A stretch of DNA of 64,000 nucleotides from a virus (IMGVR_UViG_3300006143_000275), one strand, 5' to 3'. Positions 39,066-48,829 are shown, counted from the first letter of the stretch. Program-made: numbers and translations. Notes: generated by a model not told the origin, from the sequence alone.

Positions 39066-39263
39066 ATGAAAATGACAAAAATTGAAATCGTACAGCATAT
39101 CGCAAATATTCATAACTGTTTGGCACAGATTCAAGTCTGTGGTGATGGTGCTATTATGATGGGCGATACTTTGAAGGAACTGCGTTTTTTAGTGCAAGAG
39201 CTTCAAAAGGATATTGAGGCAGAGAACGCATCGGAGGAGGAGCAAAGCAAAACGGAAGAATAA
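39066..39263 (+). CDS. Small hypothetical protein
   Basis: AGGAGG RBS. Confidence 0.65.
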   Translation: MKMTKIEIVQHIANIHNCLAQIQVCGDGAIMMGDTLKELRFLVQELQKDIEAENASEEEQSKTEE

Positions 39264-39275
39264 GGAGGGGATGAT

Positions 39276-39662
39276 ATGCACATTCCAAACCCATATACAC
39301 TACCAGCATTTGATTTTGTTGGTGGATCGACTCAGGATCTGATCTTTCATTGCTATTTTTTCAAAACGAAGAAACCACAGGATTTGTCCGCTTGTGTAGC
39401 GGACTTTTCTATTATCAATTTTGTAAATAAAAATGGTAAGCCGCTCCTATCAAAGCAAATGGAGATTAGACCAGATCCAAATAGAGACGGTGATGTAAAC
39501 AATGTGGTTTGTGTTACGTTAGAGGCGGATGAGACGGTGAATCTGCCTGCGGGTAAGTATATCTACCAAATTACCATCCGTGATATTTCTGGTGAAGTTG
39601 AAATTCCCAATCATGGGCTGATTCATATTATCAAAAATATTAACCAAGCATTTATTCGATAG
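39276..39662 (+). CDS. BppU-N-like baseplate protein
   Basis: LPAGKYIYQITI motif; position. Confidence 0.55.
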   Translation: MHIPNPYTLPAFDFVGGSTQDLIFHCYFFKTKKPQDLSACVADFSIINFVNKNGKPLLSKQMEIRPDPNRDGDVNNVVCVTLEADETVNLPAGKYIYQITIRDISGEVEIPNHGLIHIIKNINQAFIR

Positions 39663-39711
39663 TAGATGATCTGATAGCGTTACACAAATTAAAGAACAAG
39701 GAGGATGCAAA

Positions 39712-40113
39712 ATGACTACGACATATTTTCTGAATCTTGCTGCCGGTAATATTTATCGGACGAAGGAAACTCCGGCCATTCCTACAGAATACTGGATTGG
39801 CCTAAGCACTACTGCACCCAATCTCAACGGTACGAATGTTTCCGAGCCGGTTGGTAGTGCTGGCTATGCGAGGGTTAAGCTCGATATGCTGAGTGAACCT
39901 GCTTCTGGTGTTGTTACAAACGAAGCAAACATTGATTTTAACGAAAGTACCGCAAGCTGGGGTACGGTGACACATTTTGTTGTGTTTGACGCCCAGAATG
40001 GAGGAAATCTGCTTCAGTATGGAGCACTGTCAACTCCTCGCTCTGTGGAGGCGGCTACTATTATGACCATTAAGGCTGGATATCTGAACCTGTCTGTGCA
40101 AAACCCGACGTGA
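39712..40113 (+). CDS. Tail fibre/baseplate structural protein
   Basis: IGLSTTAP...GYARV and WGTVTHFVVFDA motifs. Confidence 0.6.
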   Translation: MTTTYFLNLAAGNIYRTKETPAIPTEYWIGLSTTAPNLNGTNVSEPVGSAGYARVKLDMLSEPASGVVTNEANIDFNESTASWGTVTHFVVFDAQNGGNLLQYGALSTPRSVEAATIMTIKAGYLNLSVQNPT

Positions 40114-40137
40114 TAGAAAGAAAGGTGGGGTAGATCT

Positions 40138-41070
40138 ATGTCAAAGGAGTTTGATATTTTTTTGAAAAAGCACATTATCGAATGTGATTTGCTTATCTAC
40201 TCCATTCCATATCGTGACGGTATCTCTGTGACAGATCGCCTTATTTTGAATGCTGCGCTTGAAAGCTATTCGCTTTATAAATTTGTGGCGGTTCAAACTG
40301 GATCACTGCTTACTGCACATATTGATGAGATGATAAAATTGTGCAAAGAGCGGTTGAGCATCGAGATGACATTTGGTGCTTCGGCAGAAATTGAGGTGCA
40401 TAACAACCTGTACATTCAAAACGATCCAATCGTTTTTGATACACCAGCTGTAGAGACTATCGAACTGGTTATGAATGAGTTCAACAATGGACTTATCCTA
40501 ACTGCTGGAGACATTGATACGCAGGTGGCGTTGTCTGCCGGTAAAGTGAATTTGGCATTACTGCTTAATGCAGATGTGATAGGAACTAAAAAGACAAGTT
40601 TGATTAGAGCCGACAGCGGTTTCTTTCTTGATTCCGATATTCGTGAAGTCAATCAGCGGAATTACATTGAAACAGATACGGCACTGGAAATGGGCGCGAC
40701 TCTTCAAAGTCTTTGTTACCAACTAACGATTGAGGCGAGTGCGGCATTTGAACTTATGGCAATGGTCGTCGGCACAGAAATACGGCATTCACTTGGTAGA
40801 TGGTATAACGGTCTTGCTATTGGTGCTAATGTGAAAGGGACAAATTCTCAGAAGTTTGAAAGAGCAGAGGCAATTATCCAGCTCATGGAGAGTGCAACAG
40901 GAACGCTGGTGAAAGTGCTATACCTTTCTGATTGCGGTATGGCACTTGATGTTGCTGATGCAAACTTTGGGCTAAAGCGATATCGACTTCTTAGAGAAAT
41001 TGATGATTTGGAGTTAAGAGATATTGACGATATGACACTTAACGAGCTTGATTGGGTCGAGCTTACATGA
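40138..41070 (+). CDS. Hypothetical tail-module protein
   Basis: Operon-coupled 310 aa ORF. Confidence 0.65.
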   Translation: MSKEFDIFLKKHIIECDLLIYSIPYRDGISVTDRLILNAALESYSLYKFVAVQTGSLLTAHIDEMIKLCKERLSIEMTFGASAEIEVHNNLYIQNDPIVFDTPAVETIELVMNEFNNGLILTAGDIDTQVALSAGKVNLALLLNADVIGTKKTSLIRADSGFFLDSDIREVNQRNYIETDTALEMGATLQSLCYQLTIEASAAFELMAMVVGTEIRHSLGRWYNGLAIGANVKGTNSQKFERAEAIIQLMESATGTLVKVLYLSDCGMALDVADANFGLKRYRLLREIDDLELRDIDDMTLNELDWVELT

Positions 41071-41095
41071 GTTGATGGATGGAAGGAGGTCAAAT

Positions 41096-41386
41096 ATGTC
41101 TCAGGCGCATTTGGGTAGCTTCAATGGAACTGTTACACCTGGCGTCAATATGCTGGAGACGTTCAAAAAGAACGAAATCAGGGATAACCCGAACAGCATT
41201 TTGAAATATGGGGACATGGTGCTCAAAAAGTTCGGTATCTCCTGTCCTGCCGGTACAGTAGTAAAAATTAACGGGAAGGAAATCCCGTTGTTTACTGGCG
41301 TTTTTGAGTTGGGTATGAACCAGATTGATATTACATCGCTGGAATTTTTAGAAACGGTAAATGTTAATATTTACTATATGTTTTAG
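41096..41386 (+). CDS. Hypothetical protein
   Basis: AGGAGG RBS before ATG at 41096. Confidence 0.65.
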   Translation: MSQAHLGSFNGTVTPGVNMLETFKKNEIRDNPNSILKYGDMVLKKFGISCPAGTVVKINGKEIPLFTGVFELGMNQIDITSLEFLETVNVNIYYMF

Positions 41387-41401
41387 GGAGGAGGTGCGAC
41401 G

Positions 41402-41824
41402 ATGGCAGATTTGAGTTTAAGAGACGCTTTGCTTATTGCAGGCAGTGGCTCTGGCGGTAAAGATGGCGTTGGCATTGCTTCCTTAGAAATTAACGACAGT
41501 GGAGAGTTAGTCGTTACTCTGGATAATGGGCGAGTAAAAAATCTTGGCAGAATCGTCGGTGCGGATGGTGCAGTATATGTGCCCCATATCGACGATAAAA
41601 AAGTTCTTTCATTCACGATTGAGAAAGCGCCCGACAAGGTTCCAGATCCTGTTGATCTAAATGGGGACGGTGTTAAACCCTCTGATGTAACAACGGACGA
41701 GGAAGTCAATGAAATGCTTGGAGAAGTCTTTGGTGAACAAAGTGGAGATGGCACCATAGACGAAAACCAGGTTGTCACCGATGCGGAGGTGGCAGAAATG
41801 TTGAAAGAAGTTTTCGGTCGTTGA
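41402..41824 (+). CDS. Tail-fibre-associated protein
   Basis: GKDGVGIASLEINDSGELVVTLDNG collar-like motif; two TDxEVxEML repeats. Confidence 0.6.
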   Translation: MADLSLRDALLIAGSGSGGKDGVGIASLEINDSGELVVTLDNGRVKNLGRIVGADGAVYVPHIDDKKVLSFTIEKAPDKVPDPVDLNGDGVKPSDVTTDEEVNEMLGEVFGEQSGDGTIDENQVVTDAEVAEMLKEVFGR

Positions 41825-41876
41825 CCGTCAACTGATAGAAAATACAAACCTATGACAAAACAAGGAGGAAAAGACA

Positions 41877-42659
41877 ATGAGTTACGATGTGAAGAAACTG
41901 ACCAGACTACAGGATTTGAAGACCTTGGCGACCACTATCAATGAAAACTTTGCTACTAAGGAAGAGATTGCCAGCCTTGCAACGTCGTTTAAGTCTGGTG
42001 AGGTGGCGGGTAATACCGTCAAGCTGTACACCACCGAGGATAAGAGCGGCACCCCTGCGTTCAGCTTTGATTTCCCTACAGAGCTGTTCCTGGATCAGAC
42101 TAAGACCCAGTTTGTGAGCGAGTTTGCTTTTGATGCAGATACTTATGCTGGGGCGACCGACCCTAATCTGGAGGGCAAGCCTGTTATGGTTTTGGCCGTC
42201 AAGGGCGGGAGCGATGCGATTACCTACTCTTTCCTAAATATGGCCGCTCTGGTGGACACCTATAAGGCCAAGGCTGGTGATGGCACTGCTACCGTGACTG
42301 TGAGCGGCTATGAGATCAGCGTGGATGTGAATATCTCCGCTGAGGCAAACAACGCCCTGGTGAAGAAAGACGATGGCCTGTATGTGCCTAAGTCCGATGT
42401 GGTTGATATCACTGGCAAGGCTGATAAGGTCGGCAGCGCTATCGCTGGCAACTTTGCCGGCCTGGATGCTAATGGCAATTTGACCGACAGCGGCAAGTCT
42501 GCTACTGATTTTTCTAAGGTTGAAGCAAGCACTACCGCTGGTGCAATCAGCGTTGACGGTGCCGATGTGACCGTGGTGGAGATCGCCACTGATGCTGAGG
42601 TCAAGGAAATGCTGGATGAAATCTTCGGTGTTCCTGATACTCCGGAGGTTAGCGCCTAA
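41877..42659 (+). CDS. Tail-fibre-associated structural protein
   Basis: NALVKKDDGL and GNFAGLDANGNLTDSG fibre-type motifs. Confidence 0.6.
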   Translation: MSYDVKKLTRLQDLKTLATTINENFATKEEIASLATSFKSGEVAGNTVKLYTTEDKSGTPAFSFDFPTELFLDQTKTQFVSEFAFDADTYAGATDPNLEGKPVMVLAVKGGSDAITYSFLNMAALVDTYKAKAGDGTATVTVSGYEISVDVNISAEANNALVKKDDGLYVPKSDVVDITGKADKVGSAIAGNFAGLDANGNLTDSGKSATDFSKVEASTTAGAISVDGADVTVVEIATDAEVKEMLDEIFGVPDTPEVSA

Positions 42660-42678
42660 TTTCAGATAATGGCTGTAT

Positions 42679-42709
42679 AAAGAGGAACGGCATATGCCGT
42701 TCCTCTTTT
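42679..42709 (+). terminator. Intrinsic terminator
   Basis: AAGAGGAACGG-CATATG-CCGTTCCTCTT plus T run. Confidence 0.75.
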
Positions 42710-42722
42710 GTATTTAGGATAG

Positions 42723-43163
42723 GTGGAGGTGAATCTTGTGGCAGTGAATAAGGTTCCATATTTGGAGCACTTGAAACAGTTTGGATTGCGGGAAAGCGCC
42801 TTGATCGGTCAGGTCGCTAAGACCGCCGCTGATGCAATCGAAGAGCAGGCGCAACAAATTGGCGCTTTGTCCGATAAAGTGGAAAATTTGCCCGGAATCT
42901 CTGGGGAAATTAGTCGCTCAGTCAATGCGACACTGACCGTTGCCGGATGGGAAAACAATCGTCAAATTGTTGAGATTGAGGGGCTAACTGCAAATCAAAA
43001 TGGTGTAGTCGGTTTATCTCAAGACATTTCAACGGCGGAACGTGAGACTGTGGCAAGTGCGGAGCTGTATATCTGCGGCCAGGCCGATGGGTCTTTTACG
43101 GTTGCGTATGGTGGTGATAAACCGACATACGACATCCCGATTACCCTTATCCTGCTCGATTAA
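42723..43163 (+). CDS. Tail-associated protein, paralog A
   Basis: C-terminal half aligns by eye with 43181-43585. Confidence 0.65.
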   Translation: MEVNLVAVNKVPYLEHLKQFGLRESALIGQVAKTAADAIEEQAQQIGALSDKVENLPGISGEISRSVNATLTVAGWENNRQIVEIEGLTANQNGVVGLSQDISTAERETVASAELYICGQADGSFTVAYGGDKPTYDIPITLILLD

Positions 43164-43180
43164 CGAGAGGAGGAAGGAAT

Positions 43181-43585
43181 ATGAGCGCGACAAAAAACTA
43201 TGGATTCTATCTCGAAGGAGATGATACCGCCAAGTTCAAAGAGTGGCGGGAAAAACTAAACGGCCTGGTCAATTCCAATATGGAGATGATTGATGAGGTC
43301 TTGGCTGAAAAAGCAATCAAAAGTCAGTCATTCCAGGCTTCATTAACATCTTCCGATTGGGTTTGGACAGGTTCAAAGTATTCACAGACTTTGGAAATCG
43401 AGGGGCTTACACCTGATACAAACGGCATTATTGGTGTTGGACAAAATCTTACACTTGAACAGACTGATGCTGTTTATATGGCAGAGCTGATGGTTGGCGA
43501 CCAGACTGATGGTGCGCTAACCATTTTTGCTAATGGTGATAAGCCCTATTGTGATATCCCAGTCATCATCATTCTTTTGGGATAA
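43181..43585 (+). CDS. Tail-associated protein, paralog B
   Basis: AGGAGG RBS; shares the GDKP..DIP..IILL terminus with paralog A. Confidence 0.7.
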   Translation: MSATKNYGFYLEGDDTAKFKEWREKLNGLVNSNMEMIDEVLAEKAIKSQSFQASLTSSDWVWTGSKYSQTLEIEGLTPDTNGIIGVGQNLTLEQTDAVYMAELMVGDQTDGALTIFANGDKPYCDIPVIIILLG

Positions 43586-43603
43586 AGAAAGAAGGAGGTT
43601 ACT

Positions 43604-45628
43604 ATGCCTATTATTGGAAATTTCCCGTCTGGCAGCGGCGGCAGCGGCGGCGGTCTTGCTCTGGCCGCAGTTTCGGGCATTCAGACATTGACAGCGGCGG
43701 GAAAGGTCTATGTTAAATGGACAGATCCTGACGATCTGGTTGTTGCCGGTTCGCCTTTGGCAAGCTGGGGAGGAACCCTTTTGGTTCGCAAGGCGGGTAG
43801 TGCGCCGGTGAGCCGCAGAGACGGTACTGTCGTTTTAGACAGCAAGACCAGAAACGCTTATCAGAACAGCTATTTCTGTGATAGCGGTTTGACAGATGGT
43901 GTGGAGTATTTCTACAAGTTTTTCCCGTACACCACTTCAAGTGCATATACAGATAGCGCCGACGATGAGTTTAGTGCGACGCCCAACCCTGTGGCGGTCG
44001 GTGATGTATCTGGAATTACTTTGGCAGCGGCGGGCAATGGGAAGTTGTCTATCAAGTGGACTGATCCTGCCGCTACTGTTGTTACTGACGGTGTTACCCG
44101 TGCGACCTGGGCGTCCACGATTGTGGTCGTGAAAGAGGGAAGCTATGCTGCCTCTCCCACCGATCCTGACGCCGCATATACCCATACCAGCACAACCCGC
44201 AACGGCCACTCAAGTACCCCGCTGGTGGCGACAGGGCTGAAGAATGGAACGACTTACTATGTCTCTCTATTCCCCATGTCTACAGACGGCAAAGCCAACA
44301 CTAACGCCGCTAATCGCAAAACTGGTGTAGCGAACAGGATGACGATTGCGAATGTCCCCAGTCAAAGTGGTAGTTTGACATTCCAAGAGAACACACCGCA
44401 GTCCCCGTCTTGGAGTAACTATAACACCGCACAGCTTACACTGGGCGGTGTGACCACAGGCACCAATGCCACGAGTTACAACGCCACCTTTACTCCGAAA
44501 GATGACTATATGTGGCCTGACGGTACTACAACGGCTAAGACTGTATCGTGGAGCATTGGTAAGGCGGCTGGCAGCTTAACTTTGAGTAAGAGTTCTGTAA
44601 CCCTGAACACATCAAAGCTGAGTGACACTGTGACTGTGACTCGTCCTGGTGATGGCGCAATCTCTGCTACATCCAGCAATACCAGTGTTGCAACAGTAAG
44701 CGTATCCAGCAATATCGTGACCATTAACCATGTGAATCAGACCACCGGATCAGCAACTATTACCATCAAGGTTGCAGCGGGAAGCAATTATACTGCTCCT
44801 GCTAATAAAACGGTTGAAGTGACAGCTCAGTTTATGCCCGCAAAAGGGAATAAGCTGAACACCTATACATGGGAGCAAATCAAGCAAGTGTCTGATGCTG
44901 GTCTTGCAGCAAGCTATTGGAATGTTGGTGATACCAAAACCATTAAGCTCAATGGTAAGGCGGGGAATTATACTTTCTCTAACCTCTCCGTTGATGTTTT
45001 TATTTTGGGCTTTAATCACAATAGTGCCAAGGAGGGAACAAATCGTATCCACTTCCAAATCGGAAAAATTAGTGGGAAAGATGTGGCACTTTGCGACAGC
45101 AAATACAACAACGAGCAAACTTCCGCTGGATATTTCCACATGAATACCTCCCGCACCAACAGCGGGGGATGGAACAACAGCGCGATGCGCAAGACGCTGT
45201 TGGGCAACAGCAATAGTCCGACCAGCCCCTTGGCGAACAGCCTGATGGCGGCGCTTCCTGCCGATTTGAGAGCAGTTATGAAGTCAGTGACGAAGTATAC
45301 CGATAATACTGGCGGCGGCTCTAACACAGCAAGCTATGTGACTGCGACAACGGATTACCTGTTCCTTTTGTCTGAGTTCGAGGTTTTTGGAACCAGAAAT
45401 TACGCAAACTCAGCAGAGCAAAACTACCAGCTTCAGTATGACTACTATAAGAGTGGAAACGCTAAGGTAGCTTATAATCACAGTGCGAACAGCACTGCTG
45501 TGTGGTGGTGGTTGCGTTCCCCCTCTTACAACAACTCCAACGCTTTCTGTCGTGTGAGCGGCACCGGCGGCATCAGCGACGACTATGCTTCCTGGTCGGC
45601 GGGGGTGCGCCCCGGCTTTTCTGTCTAA
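43604..45628 (+). CDS. DGR target: receptor-binding tail protein with FN3/Ig-like repeats and a C-terminal C-type-lectin-fold (DUF6273-like) domain
   Basis: FLLSEFEVFG and WWWLRSP motifs; VR at 3' end. Confidence 0.85.
   Translation: MPIIGNFPSGSGGSGGGLALAAVSGIQTLTAAGKVYVKWTDPDDLVVAGSPLASWGGTLLVRKAGSAPVSRRDGTVVLDSKTRNAYQNSYFCDSGLTDGVEYFYKFFPYTTSSAYTDSADDEFSATPNPVAVGDVSGITLAAAGNGKLSIKWTDPAATVVTDGVTRATWASTIVVVKEGSYAASPTDPDAAYTHTSTTRNGHSSTPLVATGLKNGTTYYVSLFPMSTDGKANTNAANRKTGVANRMTIANVPSQSGSLTFQENTPQSPSWSNYNTAQLTLGGVTTGTNATSYNATFTPKDDYMWPDGTTTAKTVSWSIGKAAGSLTLSKSSVTLNTSKLSDTVTVTRPGDGAISATSSNTSVATVSVSSNIVTINHVNQTTGSATITIKVAAGSNYTAPANKTVEVTAQFMPAKGNKLNTYTWEQIKQVSDAGLAASYWNVGDTKTIKLNGKAGNYTFSNLSVDVFILGFNHNSAKEGTNRIHFQIGKISGKDVALCDSKYNNEQTSAGYFHMNTSRTNSGGWNNSAMRKTLLGNSNSPTSPLANSLMAALPADLRAVMKSVTKYTDNTGGGSNTASYVTATTDYLFLLSEFEVFGTRNYANSAEQNYQLQYDYYKSGNAKVAYNHSANSTAVWWWLRSPSYNNSNAFCRVSGTGGISDDYASWSAGVRPGFSV
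45493..45620 (+). repeat. DGR variable repeat (VR)
   Basis: 128-bp ungapped match to TR; 18 of 19 mismatches fall at TR adenines. Confidence 0.95.
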
Positions 45629-45654
45629 TCTGCCGCAGTGTATCGGGTCTATAT

Positions 45655-45676
45655 CCCGCCCACGTCAGTGGGCGGG
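45655..45676 (+). promoter_or_regulatory. DGR target-recognition hairpin/cruciform
   Basis: CCCGCCCAC-GTCA-GTGGGCGGG, GC stem with 4-nt loop, just downstream of VR. Confidence 0.7.
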
Positions 45677-45869
45677 TGCTCCGATAGAGGCAGAAAGTTT
45701 CGGTACGGAAAACAATGTCGGCGCGAAGCGCCGACGCGATTTTTTGAAAAATGGGCTTTTTTGCAGTTTTCCAAAAAAGTGCTATCACTTGACAGGTTAA
45801 AGACTGCATACAAAGCATGAACGTCGCCCTATAATATACCTTATACCAGTTAGATGGAGGTACGATAAT

Positions 45870-46076
45870 ATGGCGACAACCAAACGAGTGTTTACCCTGC
45901 GTCTGACTGATGACGTGTTTGATAAGATTGGTACGCTTGCGGCGAATGAGCACCGATCCATGACAAATTACATCGAGTATGTCTTAATCAAGCACCTGGA
46001 ACAAGTTGAGCAGGAGCGCGGGGTGATAGATACTAAAAAAGCAGTAGAAGAGGAGAAAAACAGTGTCGGTACTTAA
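45870..46076 (+). CDS. Ribbon-helix-helix (Arc/CopG-like) DNA-binding protein
   Basis: KRVFTLRL beta strand, then RSMTNYIEYVL; GGAGG RBS. Confidence 0.8.
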   Translation: MATTKRVFTLRLTDDVFDKIGTLAANEHRSMTNYIEYVLIKHLEQVEQERGVIDTKKAVEEEKNSVGT

Positions 46077-46527
46077 AGCAAAGCGTACCACAAGCAAGGC
46101 GGAGTTTGTCAATACGGCAAACCAACTTTATGTGGAAACGCTAAATTTTCTTACAAGGCTGTCTGCAAGATATTCCAGATTGATTGCTGAGGATATCGCA
46201 CATCTGGCCGGTGGAGTGGTGGATCAAGCTGAAATGGCAAACAGTATCTACCCCTCAGACGACCAGAGAAAGACATTGCGCAAGGCACACCTGCTGGAAG
46301 CAAGGGCTTCTTTGAAAGCCTTGGATGTGCGGCTTACGCATTGCTATCTTCTTATGATGCAGAACCCAGAAGGATGCTTTACGAACAGTAAAGGCGTTCA
46401 GTTGAAATCTGCGGATGCGGTTGAGAAACTTGATCGTATGGCGGAAAGTTTAGGGCTGCTGATCGACAAGGAAGATGAACTTCTCAGAGGTGTTACTAAG
46501 GCACTGGCACAAACTAAAAAGCAGTAA
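46063..46527 (+). CDS. avd: DGR accessory variability determinant (Avd-like four-helix bundle)
   Basis: MSVLK start, helical and basic; directly upstream of TR and RT. Confidence 0.75.
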   Translation: MSVLKAKRTTSKAEFVNTANQLYVETLNFLTRLSARYSRLIAEDIAHLAGGVVDQAEMANSIYPSDDQRKTLRKAHLLEARASLKALDVRLTHCYLLMMQNPEGCFTNSKGVQLKSADAVEKLDRMAESLGLLIDKEDELLRGVTKALAQTKKQ

Positions 46528-46560
46528 TCGGTCTATGGGTGTATTTCTGTAAATGAGTCA

Positions 46561-46688
46561 CACTGCTGTGTGGTGGTGGTTGCGTTCCCCCTATTACAAC
46601 AACAACAACAATTTCTGTAATGTGAACAACAACGGCAACATCAACAACAACAATGCTTCCTGGTCGGCGGGTGTGCGCCCCGGATTTT
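46561..46688 (+). repeat. DGR template repeat (TR)
   Basis: 14 AAC/AAT codons and 33 adenines; lies between avd and RT. Confidence 0.95.
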
Positions 46689-46905
46689 GCAATGTGCGAG
46701 GTCGAATGGTAGTAGCTTCGGCGAAGGACGACCTTTGCAAAAGGAGAAATACTTCCCTGGTGAAAGCCTAAAACGGCCCTTTGACGACCATGCACGGACG
46801 CTACTTGCATGGCGGGGGATTGCGTTAACCCCGTTTCATGTGTATGGTCAACGTAGTATTAGACACGCACCTACAAGACATCTATGCGGAGGGCGAATAA
46901 AAAAT

Positions 46906-48081
46906 ATGACAGGCGAAGAGCGCCGAGAGGCGCGTTATCAGCGCCGTCAGGCACGACGGCAGGCCAACAGGCAAGAGCGGAGTGATGCGGTAGGATCACT
47001 TAACGAAATCTACAACTACCACGATATGTTCTTCTATGGGAAGGAGTGCTGTAAGGGCGTTCGTTGGAAGCAGAGCACCCAAAACTTTGAAATGCACTTG
47101 CTTTCTGGAACGGCAAAGAGGCGTCAGATGGTGGTCAGCGGAAAGTGGAAACCACAGCCTTGTTCTCACTTTATGCTCTGTGAGCGAGGGAAGGTTCGCC
47201 CCATCGACGCCCCTCATATCGTAGACCGGCAAATTCATAAGGTGGAAAGCAACAAGATCCTGATTCCACTGTATGAGCCAAGCATGATAGTTGATAATGC
47301 AGCCAGTCAGAAAAACAAGGGTTTGCATTGGCAATTCCGTCGGCTTAAAGAACAGCTTGCGTGGCACTACCGGCGATATGGGCGTGAGGGTGCAGTGTTT
47401 CTTATGGATTTGAAGAAATTCTTTCCTAACGCCAATCGTCGGTTGATTTACCAACGGCACAGTAAATTGATGCTTAACCCAGAGGTTAGAGCGTTTGCGG
47501 ACTACATCGTTACTACCGCCCCAGCTACTGCTCCGGGGCGGGGTATGCCATTAGGCGTGGAACCGAGCCAACAAGAGATGGTGGCGTTGCCCAGTGCCAT
47601 TGATAATTATATCAAGTGTCAGTTGGGAATCCACTGTGCCGGCCATTATATGGATGATTATTATATCATCCTTCCTGATACCGAGGAATTGAAAAAGATT
47701 GCTCGTGGAATCGTAAAAATGATGGAGTCATATGGTATTCAAGTCAATCGGCGTAAATGCAAAATCGTTCCACTTGCCAGTCCGAAAGGATTCCGTTTCT
47801 GTAAAGCAAGGTTCACTCTGCTGGAAACGGGTAAAATCAAGGTCAACGGTAATCGGTGCGGGATGAAGAGCGCCCGCCGTAAGTTGAAGTTGTTCCATCG
47901 TGAATATTTGCAAGGCAAACGGACACTTGCTGAGATAGATCAGTTCATGGAGTGCCAAACGGCGTACTATAAGAACTATAACGATCACGGTAGGCTGTTA
48001 CGACTGCGGAGACTGCATTATGCAATCTTTGAAAAATATAGAAAGTTGGAACAACAAAAACAGCTTATGCAAACAGCTTAA
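46906..48081 (+). CDS. DGR reverse transcriptase
   Basis: MDLKKFF, GMPLG and HYMDD motifs; GGAGG RBS before ATG at 46906. Confidence 0.93.
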   Translation: MTGEERREARYQRRQARRQANRQERSDAVGSLNEIYNYHDMFFYGKECCKGVRWKQSTQNFEMHLLSGTAKRRQMVVSGKWKPQPCSHFMLCERGKVRPIDAPHIVDRQIHKVESNKILIPLYEPSMIVDNAASQKNKGLHWQFRRLKEQLAWHYRRYGREGAVFLMDLKKFFPNANRRLIYQRHSKLMLNPEVRAFADYIVTTAPATAPGRGMPLGVEPSQQEMVALPSAIDNYIKCQLGIHCAGHYMDDYYIILPDTEELKKIARGIVKMMESYGIQVNRRKCKIVPLASPKGFRFCKARFTLLETGKIKVNGNRCGMKSARRKLKLFHREYLQGKRTLAEIDQFMECQTAYYKNYNDHGRLLRLRRLHYAIFEKYRKLEQQKQLMQTA

Positions 48082-48094
48082 ATAAATAACAACG

Positions 48095-48124
48095 AACGTC
48101 TGAGGCGTATGTCTCAGGCGTTTT
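48095..48124 (+). terminator. Intrinsic terminator after RT
   Basis: AACGTCTGAGGC-GTAT-GTCTCAGGCGTT plus T run. Confidence 0.7.
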
Positions 48125-48545
48125 GCTATGTTTGGAGGAATTTATTGTGGAGCACAGGAACTATGTTGCAAAAAGACGAGCCAGGTTCAAAGGGATTTCT
48201 GGTGAAGTCAATATTCCCTATGGCACGCATCTGGAGGCGTATGATGGTATCTTGACACTTGATGGAAAACCCGTGTGTGTTGCAACCAGTCAGAACGGCC
48301 TGGATTACTTTGCCCAAAACGATGACGGCCAGTGGGAGGAGCGGGGGAAGTTGACCATTGATATTATCTCTACATTGACAAAGAGAGACAATAAGTATCA
48401 GACCAGATGGGATAAGGTGGGTAACGACTCTGTTTGCAAGAAGTATCGCAGGAAAGAGCACGAAGACTTCTGGCTGTGGAGTCCTGATTTCTATACTGCC
48501 TCTATTGCGGATTTGCGGCATATCAAAGAGCTTATCAATATTTGA
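48123..48545 (+). CDS. Hypothetical protein (true start may be a downstream GTG)
   Basis: GGAGG inside the 5' end of the ORF; coupled to next gene. Confidence 0.6.
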   Translation: MLCLEEFIVEHRNYVAKRRARFKGISGEVNIPYGTHLEAYDGILTLDGKPVCVATSQNGLDYFAQNDDGQWEERGKLTIDIISTLTKRDNKYQTRWDKVGNDSVCKKYRRKEHEDFWLWSPDFYTASIADLRHIKELINI

Positions 48546-48829
48546 AAGGAAGTGGTTATATGTATCAGGTCATTAAAGGCAATACGGTAATGGCTTATGT
48601 AGATCAGCCCGTTTTCATTCGCCTACACGAGAATGGCTGCTATGTGCCCGCAACGGAAGAAGATGCTCAGGGGCTTTCTATTCAAAGCGTACCTTATCAT
48701 ATCCTTGGCAGAGATGAACTCCCTGGAGCGGTTGCTACTGTAGTAATCTCCAAGATTGACGGAGGCATCCTGGTTGCGGAGCAGAAGCAAGTTATTGACG
48801 GGCTGATTGTAAACATTTTGGAGGGTTGA
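48542..48829 (+). CDS. Hypothetical protein
   Basis: Operon-coupled ORF. Confidence 0.6.
   Translation: MKGSGYMYQVIKGNTVMAYVDQPVFIRLHENGCYVPATEEDAQGLSIQSVPYHILGRDELPGAVATVVISKIDGGILVAEQKQVIDGLIVNILEG

Noticed and set aside
45790-45835. TTGACA upstream of the RHH gene as a SigA promoter
   Set aside because: No -10 hexamer at 16-18 bp spacing; the TATAAT at about 45830 is too far away
46590-46655. AAC trinucleotide run as a microsatellite or a real Asn-rich ORF (46553-46771)
   Set aside because: It is the DGR template repeat; the AAC codons are the mutagenesis template
46687-46905. N-terminal 73 codons of the RT ORF as given in the track
   Set aside because: GGAGG precedes ATG 46906; the upstream part is the structured TR-RT spacer
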